A DNA stretch of 64,000 nt, taken from NCBI GenBank assembly GCA_963695545.1, contig OY968796.1:288001-352000 (forward strand), given 5' to 3'. Made by a program: the position numbers and the translations under genes. A model generated the notes under the pieces. It saw nothing but the letters and a program-made list of their open reading frames with translations, did not search any database and was not told where the DNA came from. Shown here one piece after another: positions 59,700 through 64,000 of this stretch (the first letter of the stretch is position 1; every line of letters starts with the position of its first letter). This stretch comes from Terriglobia bacterium (lineage in GTDB: Bacteria > Acidobacteriota > Terriglobia > Acidiferrales > UBA7541).

Positions 59700-59789
59700 G
59701 ATTTTGTTCTGGCTCTCCTGATCGCAGCAACCATGATGCCAGAACAACACGCCGGCGCGCGAGCAAATGAACGCGCGGCTGCGCGGCCG

Positions 59790-60758
59790 CTATTCGGGAG
59801 AGATGCCGGTGTAATAGATTTTGCGGGAGTGGACGATGTAATCGCCCGCGACGCGGACTTCGATCGAGCGATACGTGTCTTGCGGCGGCTTCGGATCGGG
59901 ATAGTAGCCCAGGCGATATTGCGTGCGCAGCTCGCGATTGATCAAATCGAACGTCGGACCGAGTTCTTTCAAACTGTCGAGGTAATAAATCGCGCCGCCG
60001 GTTGTATCGGCGATGGTCTCGAGCGCGTGTTCGCCTGCCGTGTTGCGGCCGCCTTCGTTGGTGACGGCGCGCACGCAAATGGTGTAGAGCAGCGCATCGG
60101 CGCGCACCGCGGCGTCGCGGGCCTTGGCGAAGTCTGCGTGGCTGGTGGTTTCTCCCGCGTCGGTGACCAGCACGATCACGCGCCGCCGGCCCGATGGATT
60201 GCGCGCGAGCGCCTGCGAGCCGAGAAACACGGCGTCGTAAAGCGCGGTGCCGGCGCCCGGCTCAAGACGCCGCAACGATCCCTGCAAGTACGCGGTGTCG
60301 CCGGAAAATCCGCCGACCAAATCGACCACATCGGCGAACCCGAATACCGCCATGCGGTCGGTGGGCCGCACGACCTGGTCAATGAACGCCGCCGCGGCCT
60401 GGCGCTCGAATTCGAGCTCCTGCGTTTCGCTCAGGCTGCAATCGATCATCAGCGCCAGATCGAGCGGCGTCTGCGTGTCCGGCTCGAACACTTCGATCTT
60501 CTGCCGCACGCCTTCTTCGTAAATTTCAAATTGATCGGCAGTGAGGCTCGCAGCCGGATGATGATCCTTATCGAGGACGCTCGTGATCACCGTAACGAGG
60601 TCCGCTTCCGCGCGGATCGTGCCGCGCGTGTCAGTGCGTGGCGGCGGGGGCGCCTGCGCCGAATCGAGCGCCGCGCCGCCGCACGAAAGCACCAGCAGCA
60701 GCGCGCAAGCAAGCGACGGCCGCGGACGGATATGCGCCACGATTCGGGCGGGGCTCAA
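59790..60758 (-). CDS. Secreted VWA-domain protein
   Basis: Signal peptide, MIDAS DCSLS, GTALYDA, VTD, TGG, 'ELRTQYRLGY.P'. Confidence 0.88.
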   Translation of the reverse strand: MSPARIVAHIRPRPSLACALLLVLSCGGAALDSAQAPPPPRTDTRGTIRAEADLVTVITSVLDKDHHPAASLTADQFEIYEEGVRQKIEVFEPDTQTPLDLALMIDCSLSETQELEFERQAAAAFIDQVVRPTDRMAVFGFADVVDLVGGFSGDTAYLQGSLRRLEPGAGTALYDAVFLGSQALARNPSGRRRVIVLVTDAGETTSHADFAKARDAAVRADALLYTICVRAVTNEGGRNTAGEHALETIADTTGGAIYYLDSLKELGPTFDLINRELRTQYRLGYYPDPKPPQDTYRSIEVRVAGDYIVHSRKIYYTGISPE

Positions 60759-60872
60759 TCTGGATGCGCTCCTTCTTACTCGATGGTGCGAATGGTTTTG
60801 GTGGCGCCAACAGCGCTTAGGGATAGATTCACACGGAGCGAAAAAGGATTGTTCGGCCCCAAGCCGATATGC

Positions 60873-61574
60873 CTACGGCCGCTCGCCGTCGGCCCAGGCG
60901 GCGCCGTCGGCGAAATATTCTTTCTTCCAGATCGGCACGCGGCGCTTCAGCTCGTCAATTCCGAAGCGGCAAGCATCGAACGCCGCGGCACGGTGCGCCG
61001 AACTCACTACCACCAGTACAGCGGTTTCGCCGATCTCGATTCGCCCCAAGCGATGAACCATCGCGGCGCGATCCACGGGGAAACGCCGGCGCATTTCGGC
61101 GATGATCGCGCGCATTCCCGCGAGTGCCATCTCTTCGTAGGCCTCGTACTCAAGATACAGCGTGGCGCGCCCGCCCGAATGGTTGCGCACGATGCCCTCA
61201 AACACGACTTGCGCACCATCCGCCGGCGCCTTGAGCGACGCCGCGATTTCGGCCGTCGCGATCGGCGTGCGTACCAATTGCAAGCGATCTCGTTCTTCGG
61301 CAAGAAGCTCCGCGCCCATGGCGCTATCTTCCCCGCCGCTGACCGGCGGCAGAAACGCCACTTCGTCACCGGCGGCGAGCGCCGCGCCCCACTCGGCGAA
61401 CTGTTGATTCACGGCAGCCGCGGCGGATTCGCGAAACCCGGCAAGCTCGGGATGCTGGTCGCCGTATTGCTTGAAAAGATCTTCGACGCGCGCGCCATCG
61501 GAAATCTGGGCCTCATCTTCGGCCACGCCGACGATCTCCTTGAAGCGGCCGAAGAACAGAACGCGCACAAGCAT
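60873..61574 (-). CDS. moaE: MoaD-MoaE fusion (molybdopterin synthase)
   Basis: MoaD-like N-terminus ending 'FLPPVSGG' followed by 'FEGIVRN...LEYEAY...HRLG...PIWKKE'. Confidence 0.9.
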   Translation of the reverse strand: MLVRVLFFGRFKEIVGVAEDEAQISDGARVEDLFKQYGDQHPELAGFRESAAAAVNQQFAEWGAALAAGDEVAFLPPVSGGEDSAMGAELLAEERDRLQLVRTPIATAEIAASLKAPADGAQVVFEGIVRNHSGGRATLYLEYEAYEEMALAGMRAIIAEMRRRFPVDRAAMVHRLGRIEIGETAVLVVVSSAHRAAAFDACRFGIDELKRRVPIWKKEYFADGAAWADGERP

Positions 61575-61728
61575 GCCGCTATTCTAGCGCCCGGCACCAG
61601 CCCCCGAGCCAATTTCTTGACGCCGCATCGCGCGCGTCCTTCACTTCATCTCATAAGTAGTGCCAGAACGGGCGACCGCGCCATCTTGGGGATGCGTTCT
61701 TGTCCTGAAAGAAAGGTGCATTAGCGCC

Positions 61729-62643
61729 GTGCGAATTCTCATCTCAGGCTCAAGCGGACTGATCGGCAGCGCGATCTCGGTCGCATTGACGCGCGAGGGG
61801 CACACCGTCGGCCGACTTGTGCGGCCCACAAGTTCGGCGCACTCGACAAGCGCGCAAGTTGGCGATGTGCGTTGGGATCCCGTCGCCGGTGCGTTCGACG
61901 CCGCAGCGGCTGAGGGCACTGACGCCGTCGTGCATTTGGCCGGAGCGTCCATAGCGGGCGGTCGCTGGACGGCAGCTCGCAAGCGATTGCTGCGCACAAG
62001 CCGGATCGAAGCCACGCGACATCTGGTCGAATCGCTCGGCGCGCTCACGCGACCGCCGCGAATTTTTCTCTGCGCCTCGGCCATCGGCTATTTCGGCGAT
62101 CGCGGCGATGAATCGCTCGACGAACAGAGTGCGCCCGGAACGAATTTTCTGGCCAAGCTCACGCAAGATTGGGAACGCGAGCAGGCCGCGGCAGCGCGAT
62201 TCGGCGCGCGCGTCGTGTCCATGCGATTCGGAATCGTGCTCGCGGGAAGCGGCGGAGCTTTGCCGCGCATGGCCATGCCGTTCAAGTTCGGCGCCGGCGG
62301 GCGCTTAGGCTCGGGCCGCCAATGGATGTCCTGGATCGCGTTGAGGGACGTAGTGGGCATCGCGAAATTCGCGCTGGCGAATGCCGCGCTCGCAGGACCG
62401 GTCGACGCCGTGGCGCCCGAGCCCATGCGCAACGCGGATTTCACGCGCGCCCTGGCCGAAGTGCTGCATCGCCCCGCGATCTTCCCCGCCCCGGCGTTCG
62501 CGTTGCGCCTCGCGCTCGGTGAAATGGCCGACGCGCTCTTGCTCTCAAGCCAGCGCGTCTTCCCCCGCCGCCTTCAAGAATCGCGCTACGGGTTCGAGCA
62601 GACCGACCTCCGCGCCGCCCTGCGCGAAGCCCTGGGCCGTTAA
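61729..62643 (+). CDS. TIGR01777-type NAD-dependent epimerase family oxidoreductase
   Basis: GSSGLIG, HLAG..I..RW, SAIGY, GSGRQWMSWI. Confidence 0.88.
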   Translation: MRILISGSSGLIGSAISVALTREGHTVGRLVRPTSSAHSTSAQVGDVRWDPVAGAFDAAAAEGTDAVVHLAGASIAGGRWTAARKRLLRTSRIEATRHLVESLGALTRPPRIFLCASAIGYFGDRGDESLDEQSAPGTNFLAKLTQDWEREQAAAARFGARVVSMRFGIVLAGSGGALPRMAMPFKFGAGGRLGSGRQWMSWIALRDVVGIAKFALANAALAGPVDAVAPEPMRNADFTRALAEVLHRPAIFPAPAFALRLALGEMADALLLSSQRVFPRRLQESRYGFEQTDLRAALREALGR

Positions 62644-62658
62644 AATGCGCCGCGCTCG

Positions 62659-63525
62659 CTAGAGCGCCTTATAGAGGATGTTTTTGAATTCGACTTTCAT
62701 CGGCGGGCCGACGTGCACTTGCACGCCGAGTTCGCCTTCGAGCTTGCGGCCGACGGGATCATCGTCCACGACGATGCTCATCACTTGGCCGTTGAGAATG
62801 TGAATCAGCACGTTGCCGCGCACGATCAGGAAATAGTGATTCCAATCGTCGCTGCCGTGAATATAGGACGTGAGTTGCTGCGTATCGCCGACCGAGCCGA
62901 TGACCTCCGGAATCTTGCCGGTCTCAATACGCGTCACTTGGCCGCGCAAGGCTAGGAACAGGCGGCCGCGCTCTTCATAGTTCTGGCCGGTGTAGCGCAC
63001 GCCATTGGTGTTGCGTGATTCGCCGTCGATATCGGCTTGGTAGCCGCGCATGACCCACGGCATCCCGGGTACCTCCACGCTGCGGTAATTGATGCCGCTA
63101 TTGCCCTGCGCGGAGATGCGGTAGTCGGCCTTGAGCTCGAAATCGCGCGTGACGCCGCCGCGCCAAATGATGAAGGTGTTGACCTTGAGCAGCGTGTCCG
63201 GCGTTACTTCGCCGACGATGCTGCCATCTTCGACGCGCCAGTATCTCGGATCGCCGTCCCATCCGTTCAGCGTCTTGCCATCGAAGATGGGCACGAAGCC
63301 CGTGTTGTCGTCCATGCCGGAGACCGGCATCTGGTGCTGCGAGGGCACATAGGGCGCTTGCGCCGCGTCGGGTGCGGCGGCCGGCTGCGGCGCGGAAGTT
63401 GGCTGTTCCGCCGGAGCAGTTTGCGGCGTGGGGGCCTGCTGCGCAGTCGAAGTCCAGCCACAGAGAAAAAGTCCGGCGACCGCGGCGGCGAGAAACGGCA
63501 ATGGGCGAAACATTTTGGTTCGCAT
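62659..63525 (-). CDS. Secreted DUF1080 (3-keto-disaccharide hydrolase-like) protein
   Basis: 'IFDGKTLNGW', 'DFELK', 'NSGI.YR', 'GYQADI', 'WN', 'V.FKNI'. Confidence 0.85.
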   Translation of the reverse strand: MRTKMFRPLPFLAAAVAGLFLCGWTSTAQQAPTPQTAPAEQPTSAPQPAAAPDAAQAPYVPSQHQMPVSGMDDNTGFVPIFDGKTLNGWDGDPRYWRVEDGSIVGEVTPDTLLKVNTFIIWRGGVTRDFELKADYRISAQGNSGINYRSVEVPGMPWVMRGYQADIDGESRNTNGVRYTGQNYEERGRLFLALRGQVTRIETGKIPEVIGSVGDTQQLTSYIHGSDDWNHYFLIVRGNVLIHILNGQVMSIVVDDDPVGRKLEGELGVQVHVGPPMKVEFKNILYKAL

Positions 63526-63582
63526 GGGCGGAGTATAGCGCAAGGTGGTTTCGCGCCGTGGCGAGATTGCGCCGAATCAGAA

Positions 63583-63957
63583 TTAGAGATCGAGAAGCGC
63601 GAGCAACTGATCGAGGTTCGATTGGTCGACGAAATAATCGTGGGCGCCGGGAACGAGCTGCTCACTATCGTCAAACACCTGGAACAGGCGCATTTTCGCC
63701 ACGGCGTACTCTTCGGTGCCGCTCAGGGCGCGGCCGGTGCGCGCGGCCCACGCTTCCACAGCGTCGAGGCGCACGAAAATGCGCACGGGAAAAACGGTCT
63801 TGCGATCGGTGGAGACCATGTAGACGTATTCGGTGCCGGAAATTCCCCCGCGGCGAGATTTCTGTACCTCAAAAAAATAGTACTGATAGACGTATCCCGA
63901 TTCGGAGGAATAACTCTTCACGCGGCGGACGGCTTCGGGGCGAGCCATGCCCGGCAT
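63583..63957 (-). CDS. Hypothetical protein
   Basis: 124-aa ORF with host codon usage, 'R.KSYSSESGYVYQY.F...EEYAVAKMRLF'. Confidence 0.7.
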   Translation of the reverse strand: MPGMARPEAVRRVKSYSSESGYVYQYYFFEVQKSRRGGISGTEYVYMVSTDRKTVFPVRIFVRLDAVEAWAARTGRALSGTEEYAVAKMRLFQVFDDSEQLVPGAHDYFVDQSNLDQLLALLDL

Positions 63958-64000
63958 CTTCCGCTGGCGCGGCGGCGGCTGTCAATCGGCGACGCGCGCG

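Noticed and set aside
58959..61724. 921-aa + strand ORF
   Set aside because: Antisense shadow of suhB, VWA and moaDE; no motifs; typical of high-GC DNA

Overview
GC-rich bacterial chromosomal segment. The gene set and order (long LptC/LptA-type fusion, lptB-rpoN-rapZ, yicC-gmk-rpoZ-coaBC, VWA and TonB proteins) suggest Acidobacteriota, which is an inference. Most of the window is housekeeping: galT, cysS, priA, dcd, purC, smc, a nucleoside salvage cluster, suhB, a moaD-moaE fusion and tRNA-Cys. The standout is a 3256-bp IS1595-family cargo transposon at 55586-58841, with 27-bp TIRs and a 7-bp target duplication. Its cargo: (i) a tRNA-like gene with a long variable arm, G discriminator and UAU anticodon, whose acceptor stem is extended into a perfect 17-bp helix; (ii) an unannotated AUA-containing leader ORF whose stop codon overlaps that helix; (iii) a 138-aa unknown protein behind a consensus promoter; (iv) a DUF3800-like protein preceded by its own promoter and a small structured, terminated RNA. 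The transposon interrupts a promoter-led 39-bp-period repeat element, and a related element lies at about 30.2-30.6 kb. Other points of interest are a TIR-TM-beta-propeller receptor-like protein, an ice-binding-type lipoprotein behind a sigma54/IHF-type promoter, and an orphan microcompartment shell plus aldehyde dehydrogenase pair. All family assignments come from motif recognition by eye; no searches were run.
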